Below, one piece after another: positions 10,842-20,888 of a DNA stretch of 64,000 nt (positions within the stretch are counted from its first letter, which is position 1; each line of letters starts with the position of its first letter). The DNA is taken from assembly GCA_963752475.1 (NCBI GenBank), contig CAVVYR010000029.1, positions 178,689 to 242,688 on the forward strand, in the 5' to 3' direction. The notes below the pieces were generated by a model, which was not told the DNA's origin, searched no databases, and saw nothing but the letters and a program-made list of their open reading frames with translations. The DNA is from an uncultured Chloroflexia bacterium. Lineage in GTDB: Bacteria > Chloroflexota > Limnocylindria > Limnocylindrales > CSP1-4. The position numbers and the translations under genes were made by a program.

Positions 10842-12544
10842 CCGGGACGCGCCGAGACGACGATCTGGCCGGCGGCGCCATACCGCCCCTCGTAGGACTG
10901 GGCAAGAAGGAACCGCAGATCCCGCGCGAGGTCGAGCTCAAGTACCTCGTGCGCGATGTGGAGGCGCTACGAGCCTGGCTGGACAAGGGTTGGGGCGGAG
11001 CACTCGACGGGATGGAGTTCGGCAACGAACGCACGGTCGAGGTCGAGGACCGCTACATCGACACCGCCTATGGCGCGCTCGGACAAGCCGGCTTCGGCGC
11101 CCGCCTGCGCCGCGAGGACAACGGGCCCTACACGGTCACGGTCAAATCCTCGTCGCACGAGCGCCCGGCCGACGAAGCCGGCGGCGAGAGGGAATCGAAG
11201 GCGCTCTCGCAGCGGGTGGAGGTAGAGGCACCGGCCAGCGAGCGGCTGGACCCGGACACCTGGCCGTCCAGTGCCGCCCGCGAACTCATCAACAAGGTCC
11301 GCGACGGCGCCCGCCTGCGGCTGCTCTTCACCATCAACCAGCGACGCGAGAAGAAGACGCTCGCGCTCGACGACGGGCCCGTACAGCTGGCGCTCGACCG
11401 CGTGGCGGTCTTCCGGGGTGGCCGGCCACTGGCCTCGTTCTCGGTGCTGGAGTTGGAGGTGAGCGGCGGCAGCGGCGCGGATCTGAACCGGCTGGCCGCT
11501 CTCGTCGAGGCCACCGGCTACGTGCTGCCCGAGCCGCGCTCCAAGGAGGAGATCGCGCGTCATTACGTGGCCCAGGCCGCGGAGGATCGCAACCACAGGC
11601 TGCCCCCGGTGCCCACGTCGACGGGGGTCAAGGCCGACGACTCGCTGGGCTCGGCCGGCCGCAAGGTCCTGCGCCTGCACCTTGCGCGCATGCTCCACTT
11701 CGAGGCTGGCGCGCGCTCGGGTGACGATCCCGAGGACCTGCACAAGATGCGTGTGGCGACCCGCCGCTTGCGCGCGGCCTGGCGCGTATTCGACGGCGCC
11801 TACCGACCCAAGGTCCAGCGCCGCTATGTCAAGGAGCTGCGCTCCATCGCCCGAGTGCTCGGCGATGTGCGCGACATCGACGTCCTGCTCGAGGACCTCG
11901 ACGGCTACATCACCGATCTGCCGCGACCCGGTCGCGATGCCGTGGAGCCGTTGCGCGCCGCCTGGCGACGGCAGCGCGAGATCGCGCGCGGGCGCATGAA
12001 CGCCAAGCTCGACTCCAAGGCCTACCGCGACTTCGTGGATGACTGCCTCGAGTTCACCGAATCACCCGGCGCGGCCGAGATCCTGACGCCGCTGGGCCGA
12101 CCCAGCCTCGTGCGCGACAACGCCGGCTCGCGCATCCTCGCGGCCTACGAGCGCATGCGTGCATACGACACGATCATCACCTGGGCGGACGTGGCCACCC
12201 TGCACGCCCTGCGCATCGAGGCCAAGCGCCTGCGCTACACGATGGAGTACTTCAGCGAGGTCATGCCGGTGACGTCGCGCAAGCTCATCGCGCAGGTCAC
12301 GGAGCTGCAGGACCACCTGGGTCTGATGAACGATGCCGACGTGGCGGCGTCGGCGACACGCGAGTGGCTCAACCTGCACGCGCCCCACCTGCCCTCGACG
12401 TCGCGAGAGGCGGTCGGGCTCTACCTCGACTCCCGCGAGGCCACGGTCGAGCAGCTGCGACGAAGCTTCCGGCCGGTGTGGAAGCGCATGACCGGCGTCA
12501 CGTTCCGAAAGGCGCTGGGCCTCTCGATCACGCAGATCGGCTAG
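10838..12544 (+). CDS. CYTH + CHAD domain protein (polyphosphate-binding)
   Basis: EVELKY and ELELE-like CYTH motifs; LHKMRVATRRLR, LHALRIEAKRLRY, QDHLG..ND CHAD motifs; GTGA overlap with ppk1 stop. Confidence 0.9.
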   Translation: MTGTRRDDDLAGGAIPPLVGLGKKEPQIPREVELKYLVRDVEALRAWLDKGWGGALDGMEFGNERTVEVEDRYIDTAYGALGQAGFGARLRREDNGPYTVTVKSSSHERPADEAGGERESKALSQRVEVEAPASERLDPDTWPSSAARELINKVRDGARLRLLFTINQRREKKTLALDDGPVQLALDRVAVFRGGRPLASFSVLELEVSGGSGADLNRLAALVEATGYVLPEPRSKEEIARHYVAQAAEDRNHRLPPVPTSTGVKADDSLGSAGRKVLRLHLARMLHFEAGARSGDDPEDLHKMRVATRRLRAAWRVFDGAYRPKVQRRYVKELRSIARVLGDVRDIDVLLEDLDGYITDLPRPGRDAVEPLRAAWRRQREIARGRMNAKLDSKAYRDFVDDCLEFTESPGAAEILTPLGRPSLVRDNAGSRILAAYERMRAYDTIITWADVATLHALRIEAKRLRYTMEYFSEVMPVTSRKLIAQVTELQDHLGLMNDADVAASATREWLNLHAPHLPSTSREAVGLYLDSREATVEQLRRSFRPVWKRMTGVTFRKALGLSITQIG

Positions 12545-12576
12545 CGCGACCCGGCGGCGCGTCGGCCGCTGGGGAC

Positions 12577-13095
12577 CTATTCCGTCTTCGTGCGGGTGGA
12601 CGTCTTCTTGTGCGTCGTGGCCGTGTCCGATTTCGATGCAGCCGCCGCTGGTCGCCGCGCTGTGGTCGGCTTCCTGGTACCCGCTGAGGCTGCGGCCTTC
12701 TTGGCTGCTGGTGGCTTGACCGTGGCCGCCGGCTTGCTGGCAACAGCGGGCGTCCTGGCTGCGGTCTTCCTGGCCGGTGCCTTGGCTCCCGCAGCATCGG
12801 ACGTGGCCGGCTCGTCCGCCTTGCCCTTCGGATCCGCGGCGCCCTTGGCCTTGGAGTCGGAGGCCGTGTCCTTCTTCCCGGCGGCGTCCTTCCCGGCGGC
12901 GTCGGCCTTCTCGGCCTCGGCCAGCTGGGCGCGGATCTCGTCGGCGATGATCGAGAGCGCGTCGACACGTGCTTGTGCCCGGTCGCGCTTGGCGGCGGCC
13001 TTGCCCAGATCGGCCTGAGCTGCGCGCAGCTGCTTGCGCAAGGACTTGGGCTTGGGGGTGCGCTTGTCCTTGGCGCGGGCCTTCTTCTTGCCCAT
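12577..13095 (-). CDS. Lys/Ala-rich histone H1-like protein with N-terminal coiled coil
   Basis: MGKKKARAKDKR start, helical heptad segment, then K/A/P/T low-complexity tail; GAAAGGGA RBS-like sequence upstream. Confidence 0.75.
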   Translation of the reverse strand: MGKKKARAKDKRTPKPKSLRKQLRAAQADLGKAAAKRDRAQARVDALSIIADEIRAQLAEAEKADAAGKDAAGKKDTASDSKAKGAADPKGKADEPATSDAAGAKAPARKTAARTPAVASKPAATVKPPAAKKAAASAGTRKPTTARRPAAAASKSDTATTHKKTSTRTKTE

Positions 13096-13165
13096 GGGTG
13101 TCCCTTTCACTCCCGCGTAGGCGGGTCGTCATTGTACGGACTCAGCGCCGGTCCTCGTATGCGCC

Positions 13166-13209
13166 GTTAACCAAGCGTTAACGAACGAGCAACCGGCTGT
13201 TCACGACGG
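13166..13209 (+). promoter_or_regulatory. PHO-box-like array of four 11-bp direct repeats
   Basis: GTTAACCAAGC / GTTAACGAACG / AGCAACCGGCT / GTTCACGACGG at exact 11-bp spacing upstream of pstS; resembles Streptomyces PhoP GTTCA-type units. Confidence 0.75.
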
Positions 13210-13287
13210 GCCTCGAAGGTAGGCCCGTAGAAACAGAAGCCTGGGACGGCTCTACACCCAGGCAACCAGGAGGGAAGAGTTCCTGCC

Positions 13288-14337
13288 ATGCGCAACACCA
13301 AGCGCCTAGGCGCAGCCGTCATCGGCACCGCCGTCCTCTCGACCAGCCTCGCCGGCAGTGCTCTGGGGCAAGACGTGGAAGGCTTCGTCGACATCTCGGG
13401 CTCCTCGACGGTCGAGCCCGTCTCGCTGCTCGTAGCCGAAGAGTTCAACTTCATGAACCCCAACTGGACGTACGTCGTCAACGGCCCGGGCACCACTGCC
13501 GGCTTCGAACAGTTCTGCAACGGCGAGACGGACATCAGCGACGCCTCGCGCAGCATCAAGGACAGCGAGATCGAGAACTGTGCCGCCAATGGCATCAGCC
13601 CGGTCGAGCTGAAGATCGGCATCGACGGCCTGGCGGTCATCGTCAGCACCCAGAACGACAGCCTCGAGTGCCTCAACTTCACGGACCTCTACGCCATCTT
13701 CGGGGTGGAGTCCGACGACGTGCGCACGTGGGAGGAGGCCGCAGCCTTCGCTGCCGAGCTGGGCTCCGAGACGAGCAGCTGGCCCAGTGGCGACATCGCC
13801 ATCACGGCACCGGGCGACGAGTCCGGCACCTGGGGCTCCTTCATCGAGATCGCCCTCGAGGACCTGCAGGATGCACGCGCCGAAGCCGGCAACGCGGCCG
13901 CCGCGGGCGAGCCCTATACGCGCCAGCCCGGTGACATCTACGTGGCCTCCCCCAACGACAACGTCATCATCGACGGCGTCGGCGGCAATCCCAACGGTAT
14001 CGGCTTCGTGGGCTACGCCTACGCTGTCAACAACAGCGACCGTGTGCGCATGATCCCCATCGACGGTGGCGACGGCCAGTGCATCGCTCCCAACGAGGAG
14101 ACCGTCGCGGCCAACACCTACCCCATCGCCCGAGACCTGTTCATCTACCCCGCGCAGGGTCGGGTCGATCCCGCGTCCGAGTCCTACAACCCGGCGCTGG
14201 CTCCGTTCGTCGACTTCTACGTGACCCCCGAAGGCCAGGAGCTCGTGTCGGTCGCCGGCTACGTGCCGCTGGCTGAGGACGCCCTCGCCGAGACCCAGGC
14301 TGCCTGGGAAGCGGCCAAGGCCGAGGTCGGCGCGTAG
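13288..14337 (+). CDS. pstS: Phosphate ABC transporter substrate-binding protein
   Basis: Signal peptide, SGSSTV, GTTAGFEQFC, DISDASR, SGT, YPIARDLFIY; GGAGG RBS. Confidence 0.93.
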   Translation: MRNTKRLGAAVIGTAVLSTSLAGSALGQDVEGFVDISGSSTVEPVSLLVAEEFNFMNPNWTYVVNGPGTTAGFEQFCNGETDISDASRSIKDSEIENCAANGISPVELKIGIDGLAVIVSTQNDSLECLNFTDLYAIFGVESDDVRTWEEAAAFAAELGSETSSWPSGDIAITAPGDESGTWGSFIEIALEDLQDARAEAGNAAAAGEPYTRQPGDIYVASPNDNVIIDGVGGNPNGIGFVGYAYAVNNSDRVRMIPIDGGDGQCIAPNEETVAANTYPIARDLFIYPAQGRVDPASESYNPALAPFVDFYVTPEGQELVSVAGYVPLAEDALAETQAAWEAAKAEVGA

Positions 14338-14371
14338 CACCCCTCGAACCGCTTTCTCCCTGACGGCCGTT

Positions 14372-14407
14372 GGAGGACCGGACCCATGTCCCGGGGTCCG
14401 GTCCTCC
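14372..14407 (+). terminator. pstS-pstC intergenic stem-loop (attenuator/mRNA stabiliser)
   Basis: GGAGGACCGGACCC ... GGGTCCGGTCCTCC perfect 14-bp inverted repeat. Confidence 0.6.
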
Positions 14408-14470
14408 GGCCATTCCTGCGGTCGACCGTTCTACTAGCATCAGCAGTGCCGACATGACCGACGCGCGCAC

Positions 14471-15397
14471 ATGACCAACGACACCCGGATCACCATCGAC
14501 GACCTGCGCGGCAGCGCCGCCCGACGTCGCCGCGAGGGCCTCATCCGCGCGGCCTTCTTCGTGGCAGCGGCCTTGGCCATCGTCATCTCGGTCGCGATCG
14601 TGCTCTCGCTGCTGGGCGATACGATCACCTTCCTGCAGGGCATCGAGCCAGGCGCTCTGCTGGCCGACGTCTGGCAACCGCGCAACGGCGAGTACGGACT
14701 TGCCACCATCATCAGCGGCACGCTCGTCATCGCGCTCATCGCCATGATCGTGGCCACGCCCCTGGGCCTCGGTGCGGCCATCTACCTCGCTGAGTATGCC
14801 AGCCCGCGGATGCGCGGCTGGCTCAAGCCCATCCTCGAGATCCTGGCCACGATCCCCAGCGTGGTCCTCGGCTTCTTCGCCCTGACCGTCCTCTCGCCGG
14901 CCGTAGTCCAGCCGTTGTGCGGCAACTCCCTCCCCTTCACGCTCGCGAGCGCCGGTGTGGCCGTCGGCATCCTGGTCACGCCGCTGGTGGCCTCGATCTC
15001 CGAGGACGCGCTCTACGCGGTCCCCCAGAACCTGCGCGAGGCCTCCTACGGGCTCGGCGCCACCAAGCGCACCACCAGCCTGCGCGTGGTGATGCCGGCA
15101 GCGGTCAGCGGCATCGTGGCCTCGCTCATCGTGGCCTTCAGCCGAGCCATCGGCGAGACCATGATCGTGGCCATCGCCGCGGGCGGTGTGGGTGGCGCGG
15201 TCTTCAGCATCAACCCCTGCCTGCCCGGTCAGACCATGACCGGAGCCATGACCGTCATCGCCATCGGCTCCGACGCGGTCGGCGGCGGCGTCGCCTTCAA
15301 CAGCCTCTTCTTCATCGGCCTGCTGCTGTTCTTCATGACGCTGGCGCTGAACACCATCAGCGAGATGTTCGTGCGACGCATGCGCAAGGGGTACTAG
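14471..15397 (+). CDS. pstC: Phosphate ABC permease PstC
   Basis: AIYLAEYA, IPSVVLG, EASYGLGAT, SRAIGETM. Confidence 0.95.
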   Translation: MTNDTRITIDDLRGSAARRRREGLIRAAFFVAAALAIVISVAIVLSLLGDTITFLQGIEPGALLADVWQPRNGEYGLATIISGTLVIALIAMIVATPLGLGAAIYLAEYASPRMRGWLKPILEILATIPSVVLGFFALTVLSPAVVQPLCGNSLPFTLASAGVAVGILVTPLVASISEDALYAVPQNLREASYGLGATKRTTSLRVVMPAAVSGIVASLIVAFSRAIGETMIVAIAAGGVGGAVFSINPCLPGQTMTGAMTVIAIGSDAVGGGVAFNSLFFIGLLLFFMTLALNTISEMFVRRMRKGY

Positions 15398-15400
15398 TCG

Positions 15401-16351
15401 ATGACCGCTGAGACTCGCCCCCTGCCGCCACCGCGTTCGGCGACCGAGGCCGTAGAACAGGCGCTCACGGGCCACCGGCGTGACTGGCGCAGCGTCGTCT
15501 TCGAGCTGGCCCTGGTGGCCTCGCTGCTGGTCGCACTGGGCGTGCTCGTGTGGCTCATCACCGACATCTTCATCCGCGCCCTGCCGGTGTTCCAGGAACG
15601 CGGGCTGGTGGACTTTCTCACCGGGCCCATGTCCTCGAACCCACAGCGAGCAGGCATCGGCCCGGCCCTTTGGGGCTCGATCGTGCTGATGGTCTTCACC
15701 GCGGTCCTGGCCATCCCCATCGGCATCGCGGCTGCGGTCTACCTCGAGGAGTACGCCAGCGACAATCGGCTCACGCGCATCATCAACACCACCGTTCGCA
15801 ACCTCGCCGGCGTGCCGGCGGTGGTCTACGGCTTGCTGGGTATCGCCGTCTTCGTGGTCATCCTGCGGGACCTGACCGGCGGCCGCTCCATCATCAGCGG
15901 CGGCTTCACCCTGGCCATCGTGGTGCTGCCCATCGTCATCATCACCTCTGCCGAATCGCTGCGCGCGGTCCCGTCCTCCATCCGCGAGGCTGGCTACGGA
16001 GTGGGGGCCACCAAGTGGGAGGTCACCCGCTCCCATGTCCTGCCCTACGCCCTGCCCGGCATCCTGACCGGCACCATCCTGACCATCGGTCGCGCCTTCG
16101 GCGAGACCGCGCCCCTGCTGCTCGTGGGTGCGGTCACGGGTGGCTTCGCGGTCGCCGCCAACGCCTCGCTGTTGGAGCGATTGCAGGGTCCCTACACGGC
16201 GCTGCCGACGATCATCTTCAGCTGGGCTCGGCAGCCCAGGGCCGAGTTCCGTGAGCTGACGGCCGCCGCCATCATCGTGCTGCTGGTGATGGTCCTGCTC
16301 ATCAACGCGATCGCGATCATCCTCCGCAACCGCTACGCCAGAAAGTGGTAG
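15401..16351 (+). CDS. pstA: Phosphate ABC permease PstA
   Basis: [25 protein letters not shown]. Confidence 0.95.
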   Translation: MTAETRPLPPPRSATEAVEQALTGHRRDWRSVVFELALVASLLVALGVLVWLITDIFIRALPVFQERGLVDFLTGPMSSNPQRAGIGPALWGSIVLMVFTAVLAIPIGIAAAVYLEEYASDNRLTRIINTTVRNLAGVPAVVYGLLGIAVFVVILRDLTGGRSIISGGFTLAIVVLPIVIITSAESLRAVPSSIREAGYGVGATKWEVTRSHVLPYALPGILTGTILTIGRAFGETAPLLLVGAVTGGFAVAANASLLERLQGPYTALPTIIFSWARQPRAEFRELTAAAIIVLLVMVLLINAIAIILRNRYARKW

Positions 16352-16353
16352 AC

Positions 16354-17262
16354 ATGCCCAGTGAGACACCCACGATGACGACCGAACGACCGACACCGCG
16401 CGAAACACGGCCGACCTCCGCCATCCCGGCCAGCGACGGCACCGGCCCCTCGCTCAGTGTGGCCGGTGTGACCACCGCCTCGACCCAGCCGAGGGGCACG
16501 AAGAACGTCTTCGAGGTGCGCGACTTCAGCGCCTACTACGGCGACTTCCGCGCCATCCGTGATATCGACCTCGACATCGCTGAGAACCGCATCACCGCCT
16601 TCATCGGACCGTCGGGCTGCGGCAAGTCCACACTGCTGCGCTGCTTCAACCGCATGAACGATCTGGTGCCGGGGGCGCACATCTCGGGCCGGATCGGATA
16701 TCACGGCATCGACCTCTACGACAGCAAGGTCGACGCGGTCGAGGTGCGCCGGCGCATCGGTATGGTCTTCCAGAAGCCCAACCCCTTCCCCAAGTCGATC
16801 TACGACAACATCACCTTCGGGCCCAAGATCGCCGGCTTCAAGGGCGACATGGAAGGGCTCGTGGAGTCCAGCCTTCGCCGCGCGGCCATCTGGGACGAGG
16901 TCAAGGACAAGCTCAAGGAGCCCGGCACCGCGCTCTCCGGCGGCCAGCAGCAGCGGCTGTGCATCGCCCGAGCCATCGCCGTCGAGCCCGACGTCATCCT
17001 CATGGACGAGCCCTGTTCGGCGCTCGATCCTGTGGCCACCCTCAAGATCGAGGAGTTGATGTTCGAGCTTCGCAAGGACTACACCATCGTCATCGTCACG
17101 CACAACATGCAGCAGGCCGCCCGCGCCTCCGACGAGACGGTGTTCCTGACGATGGGCGAGGACCGCGCCGGCTACCTCGTCGAGAAGGGCCCCACGGCCG
17201 AGATCTTCACCAACCCCAAGAACCAGCTGACCGAGGACTACGTCTCCGGTCGCTTCGGTTGA
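16354..17262 (+). CDS. pstB: Phosphate ABC ATP-binding protein
   Basis: [46 protein letters not shown]. Confidence 0.97.
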   Translation: MPSETPTMTTERPTPRETRPTSAIPASDGTGPSLSVAGVTTASTQPRGTKNVFEVRDFSAYYGDFRAIRDIDLDIAENRITAFIGPSGCGKSTLLRCFNRMNDLVPGAHISGRIGYHGIDLYDSKVDAVEVRRRIGMVFQKPNPFPKSIYDNITFGPKIAGFKGDMEGLVESSLRRAAIWDEVKDKLKEPGTALSGGQQQRLCIARAIAVEPDVILMDEPCSALDPVATLKIEELMFELRKDYTIVIVTHNMQQAARASDETVFLTMGEDRAGYLVEKGPTAEIFTNPKNQLTEDYVSGRFG

Positions 17263-17272
17263 GGAGGCTGTC

Positions 17273-18046
17273 ATGACCGACCCCACCGGCCGCCCGCCTG
17301 CCGACCCCGTCCCGCCGCCGGGCGAGGACGAGCCACAGGGCGAGCGCACCGACCTCGAGGTCCATCCTGCGGTCGAGGTCCCGCGCCCGTACACCCGCGA
17401 AGCCCTCGAATTGGAAGAGAGTCAGGTCAAGGACGGCATCCTGCGCATGGGTAGCCTTGTGGCCGAGCGCATCATCGCCGCCATCGTGGCGCTCGAGAAC
17501 CACGACGCCGACGCTGCGACCTGGGTCATCGAGAACGATCGTGACATCAACCAGTTGGAGCACGAGGTCTCCAACCTCATCACGCTGACCATCGCCACGC
17601 AGCAGCCGGTCGCACGCGACCTGCGCTTCCTGCTCACGCTGGCGCAGGTGGCCTACGACCTCGAGCGCATGGGCGACTACGCCGGCTCGGTGGCCAAGCA
17701 GGCGCGCAAGCTGGCGCCGAATCCGCCGCTCAAGGACTATGTCAACCTGCCTCGGATGGGCCGCCTGGCGGCCGCGCTCGTGCGTGACATCCTCGAGGCG
17801 GTCGTGGAGACCGATGCGGAGCGAGCCAAGGCCGTGGCGGCGCGTGACGACGACGTCGACGAGCTGTATCACGCGATCTTCGCCGAGGTCCTCGACCTCA
17901 TGCGCGCCGACCCGGCCAACGTCGATCCCGGCATGCGCATCATCTTCGCCGCGCACTACCTCGAGCGGGTGGGTGACCGCGTGACCAACATCGCGGAGGA
18001 TGTCGTCTTCCTCGCCACCGGCGAGGTCACGGAGCTCAACGAGTAG
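17273..18046 (+). CDS. phoU: Phosphate signalling protein PhoU
   Basis: QQPVARDLR, DLERMGD, YLERVGD repeats; follows pstB. Confidence 0.95.
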   Translation: MTDPTGRPPADPVPPPGEDEPQGERTDLEVHPAVEVPRPYTREALELEESQVKDGILRMGSLVAERIIAAIVALENHDADAATWVIENDRDINQLEHEVSNLITLTIATQQPVARDLRFLLTLAQVAYDLERMGDYAGSVAKQARKLAPNPPLKDYVNLPRMGRLAAALVRDILEAVVETDAERAKAVAARDDDVDELYHAIFAEVLDLMRADPANVDPGMRIIFAAHYLERVGDRVTNIAEDVVFLATGEVTELNE

Positions 18047-18526
18047 ATGGCCGGCATCGACGTCGCGCCGGGTCACGACGACGGCGTGCCCAAGATCAGC
18101 GTGCTGTTCGTGTGTACGCACAACTCGGCCCGCTCGATCATGGCCGAGGCGCTGCTCCGCGCGAAGGGCGGCGAGGCCTACGAGGCATTCTCGGCCGGCA
18201 CCGAGGCCACGGAGGTCCGGCCGTTGACGCTGAGGGTGCTCGAAGACGCCGGGGTGCCCACCGAGGGCCTGCGCTCCAAGTCGTTCGAGGAGTACCTGGG
18301 CCGCACCTTCGACTACGTCATCACAGTCTGCGACTCGGCACGCCAGAGCTGTCCGGTCTTTCCCGGCGAGGGTGCCCGCTTCCACTGGGGCTATGACGAC
18401 CCGTCTGTCGCCACGGGCACCGAGGAGGAGCGCCTGGCTGCTTTCGAGCGAGTCTTCACCGCCATCAGCCAACGCATCGACCTCTTCATGAACGCGACCG
18501 ACAAGCGCGCGACGGCCGAACCCTAG
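18047..18526 (+). CDS. arsC: Arsenate reductase, LMW-PTP type
   Basis: CTHNSARS (CX5R) loop plus TVCD....CP resolving cysteines, DDP. Confidence 0.85.
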   Translation: MAGIDVAPGHDDGVPKISVLFVCTHNSARSIMAEALLRAKGGEAYEAFSAGTEATEVRPLTLRVLEDAGVPTEGLRSKSFEEYLGRTFDYVITVCDSARQSCPVFPGEGARFHWGYDDPSVATGTEEERLAAFERVFTAISQRIDLFMNATDKRATAEP

Positions 18527-18615
18527 CTCTAGCCCTCTCCTTTCTGCACGTGCCCCTCCGGTTGCGAGGGGCTTCGGTCTTTCCCGGCGTCTGCGGACCT
18601 GCCACCCTAGGTCGC

Positions 18616-19125
18616 ATGCCCGACCAGCCAGCCGCCATCGGCGGCAACGTCCGTGTACATCTGCTGCGTCACGCCCACGCCGGCGATGCCTTCGAGTGGA
18701 TCGGTGACGACGACCTGCGGCCGCTGACCAAGAAGGGCCGGCGACAGGCCGAGCGCCTGGGCGCGTTCCTCGAGGCACACGCGGTGCGTCCCGACGTCAT
18801 CTTCACCAGCCCCCTGGTGCGGGCGCGACAGACGGCGGAGATCGTGGCCGAGGCCCTGGGCATGACCATCAAGGTCGATCGGCGCCTGGGTAGTGGCTTC
18901 GGCCAGCGCGAGCTGTGGGCCCTGCTCGACGAAGCCGGCGCGCCCGAGATCCTGCTCGTAGGCCACGACCCCGATCTCTCGATGCTGCTGACCTACCTCA
19001 TCGACGCCGCCGGCATGAGCATGAAGAAGGGCACACTGGCTACGGTCGACCTGCACACCAAGCTCGGAGACGGCGAGGGTGAGCTGCGCTGGCTGGTACC
19101 GCCGGACCTGCTGACGACAAGCTAG
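18616..19125 (+). CDS. sixA: SixA-like histidine phosphatase
   Basis: LLRHAHA, RPLT..G, SPLVRARQT, LVGHDP. Confidence 0.85.
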   Translation: MPDQPAAIGGNVRVHLLRHAHAGDAFEWIGDDDLRPLTKKGRRQAERLGAFLEAHAVRPDVIFTSPLVRARQTAEIVAEALGMTIKVDRRLGSGFGQRELWALLDEAGAPEILLVGHDPDLSMLLTYLIDAAGMSMKKGTLATVDLHTKLGDGEGELRWLVPPDLLTTS

Positions 19126-20156
19126 GCGAAGGGCAGCGAGAAGCTGAAGGTCGAGCCTTCGCCTTCGCTGGACTCGAGCCAGATGGTGCCACCGTGGGCC
19201 TCCGCGATGTGTCGAGCGATCGACAGCCCCAGACCGGTCCCACCCTGGCCCCGGTGGCGTGCTCGGTCGACCTTGTAGAAGCGCTCGAACACGCGCCCCT
19301 GGTCCTCGGGCGCGATGCCGACCCCATGGTCGACGACAGAGACCACGGCCGAGTCGGGATGCTCGTCGACGGCCACCATGACCTCGCCACCATCAGGTGA
19401 GTACTTGATGGCGTTGTGCAGCAGGTTCAGCAGCAGCTGATCGAGGCGCTCCTCGTCGCCGCGCACCGGCGGCAGATCGTCAGGGACCCGCACGCTGAGG
19501 CTGACCCCCTGGCGATCGGCGAAGGTCTCGACGTGCCGCAGGCTGGCCTCGACGAGCGGACGCAGCTCGACCTCGTCACCGCGGACCTGCACGGCCGCAT
19601 TCTCCATGCGCGAGAGGTCGAGCAGCTCGTTGATCATCTGCACCAGATGGCCGCTCTCGACGTCGATGGTGGCGACGCGCTCGCGGACACGATCAGGGAC
19701 CTCGGCCTCGGCCAGCTCGTCGATGAGCATCTCGGTGAGCAGGCGGATGTTGGCCAGCGGTGTGCGCAGCTCGTGACTGAGGTCGTCGATGAGCTCGCTG
19801 CGGATGCGCCGCAGGCGCTGCAGTTCGGTCACGTCCTCGATCGTCACCCAGGCACCGCCACCGACCGCCGGCCGGGCCCACACGATGAGGCTGGCGCGGT
19901 CCGTCGCCTCCGGCTGATACGAGCCGCTCTGCCCCTGGCCGGCCGCGCGCACCAGCGCCTCGAGCCGATGGTCCACGAACGTCTGCATCACGGAACGCCC
20001 GAGCAGCGAACCGGGCCGACGCTCGAGCGCCTGGTGGGCCGCGACGTTGGCGATGCGGACCCGCAGGTCGGGACCGAACCGGATCAGCCCGATGGAGGCC
20101 TGGTCGGCGATCTCGACCATCTCCGCGGCGAGATGGTCGGGAAGGGCGTCTGGCAC
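19122..20156 (-). CDS. Sensor histidine kinase, PhoR/SenX3-like, apparently soluble
   Basis: PAS-like N terminus, SHELRTPL, NLLHNAIKYS, D.G.GI, FERFYKVD, GTGLGL; no evident transmembrane helix. Confidence 0.9.
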   Translation of the reverse strand: MPDALPDHLAAEMVEIADQASIGLIRFGPDLRVRIANVAAHQALERRPGSLLGRSVMQTFVDHRLEALVRAAGQGQSGSYQPEATDRASLIVWARPAVGGGAWVTIEDVTELQRLRRIRSELIDDLSHELRTPLANIRLLTEMLIDELAEAEVPDRVRERVATIDVESGHLVQMINELLDLSRMENAAVQVRGDEVELRPLVEASLRHVETFADRQGVSLSVRVPDDLPPVRGDEERLDQLLLNLLHNAIKYSPDGGEVMVAVDEHPDSAVVSVVDHGVGIAPEDQGRVFERFYKVDRARHRGQGGTGLGLSIARHIAEAHGGTIWLESSEGEGSTFSFSLPFA

Positions 20157-20163
20157 GAGCCTG

Positions 20164-20886
20164 TCAGTCCTCGGGCAGCCGCAGCACGTAGCCCACGCCG
20201 CGGACGGTCTGCAGGTACTGCGGCTGGCTGGGATCGGCCTCGATGGCCGAGCGTAGCCAGTGGACATGGACGTCCACCGTGCGCGTCTCGCCGGCATAGT
20301 CGTAGCCCCAGACCTTCTCCAGCAGCTGATCGCGGCTGAAGACCTGTCCCGGATTGCGCACGAGGAAGGCCAGCAGCTCGAAGGCCTTGGGCTTGACCGA
20401 CAGGTCGACCCCGTCACGTACCAGGCGGTGGCCGGCGAGATCGATGGTGACCGCATCGAGGTGGAGGAGCGCCGCATCAGGATCGGTGGTCGGCGAGGCC
20501 TCGGAGGTGGCCGCCGGAGCCGCGTCGAGCCGCCGCAGCTGTGCTCGGATGCGCGCCATCAACTCTCGCAGGCTGAAGGGCTTGGTGACGTAGTCATCGG
20601 CACCAAGCTCAAGGCCGACGACCTTGTCGATCTCGCCATCCTTGGCCGTGAGCATGATGATCGGCAGCGATGACTCGCGGCGCACGATGCGGCAGACCTC
20701 GATACCGCCCACCTGCGGCAGCATGAGGTCGAGCAGCATCAGGTCGGGGTCGACCGCCCGGAACTGCTCCAGTGCTTCCTTGCCGTCCGCGGCGGTGACG
20801 ACGTCGAGGCCGTCCTGCTCGAGGGCCTCGGCCAGCGTCTCGCGGAGCGTGGGCTCGTCATCGACGACGAGGATCGTGCGCGCCAA
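20164..20886 (-). CDS. OmpR-family response regulator, PhoB/RegX3-like
   Basis: ILVVDDE, LLDLMLP, GADDYVTKPF, TRTVDVHV, TVRGVGY; TTG start inferred. Confidence 0.9.
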   Translation of the reverse strand: MARTILVVDDEPTLRETLAEALEQDGLDVVTAADGKEALEQFRAVDPDLMLLDLMLPQVGGIEVCRIVRRESSLPIIMLTAKDGEIDKVVGLELGADDYVTKPFSLRELMARIRAQLRRLDAAPAATSEASPTTDPDAALLHLDAVTIDLAGHRLVRDGVDLSVKPKAFELLAFLVRNPGQVFSRDQLLEKVWGYDYAGETRTVDVHVHWLRSAIEADPSQPQYLQTVRGVGYVLRLPED

Positions 20887-20888
20887 CG

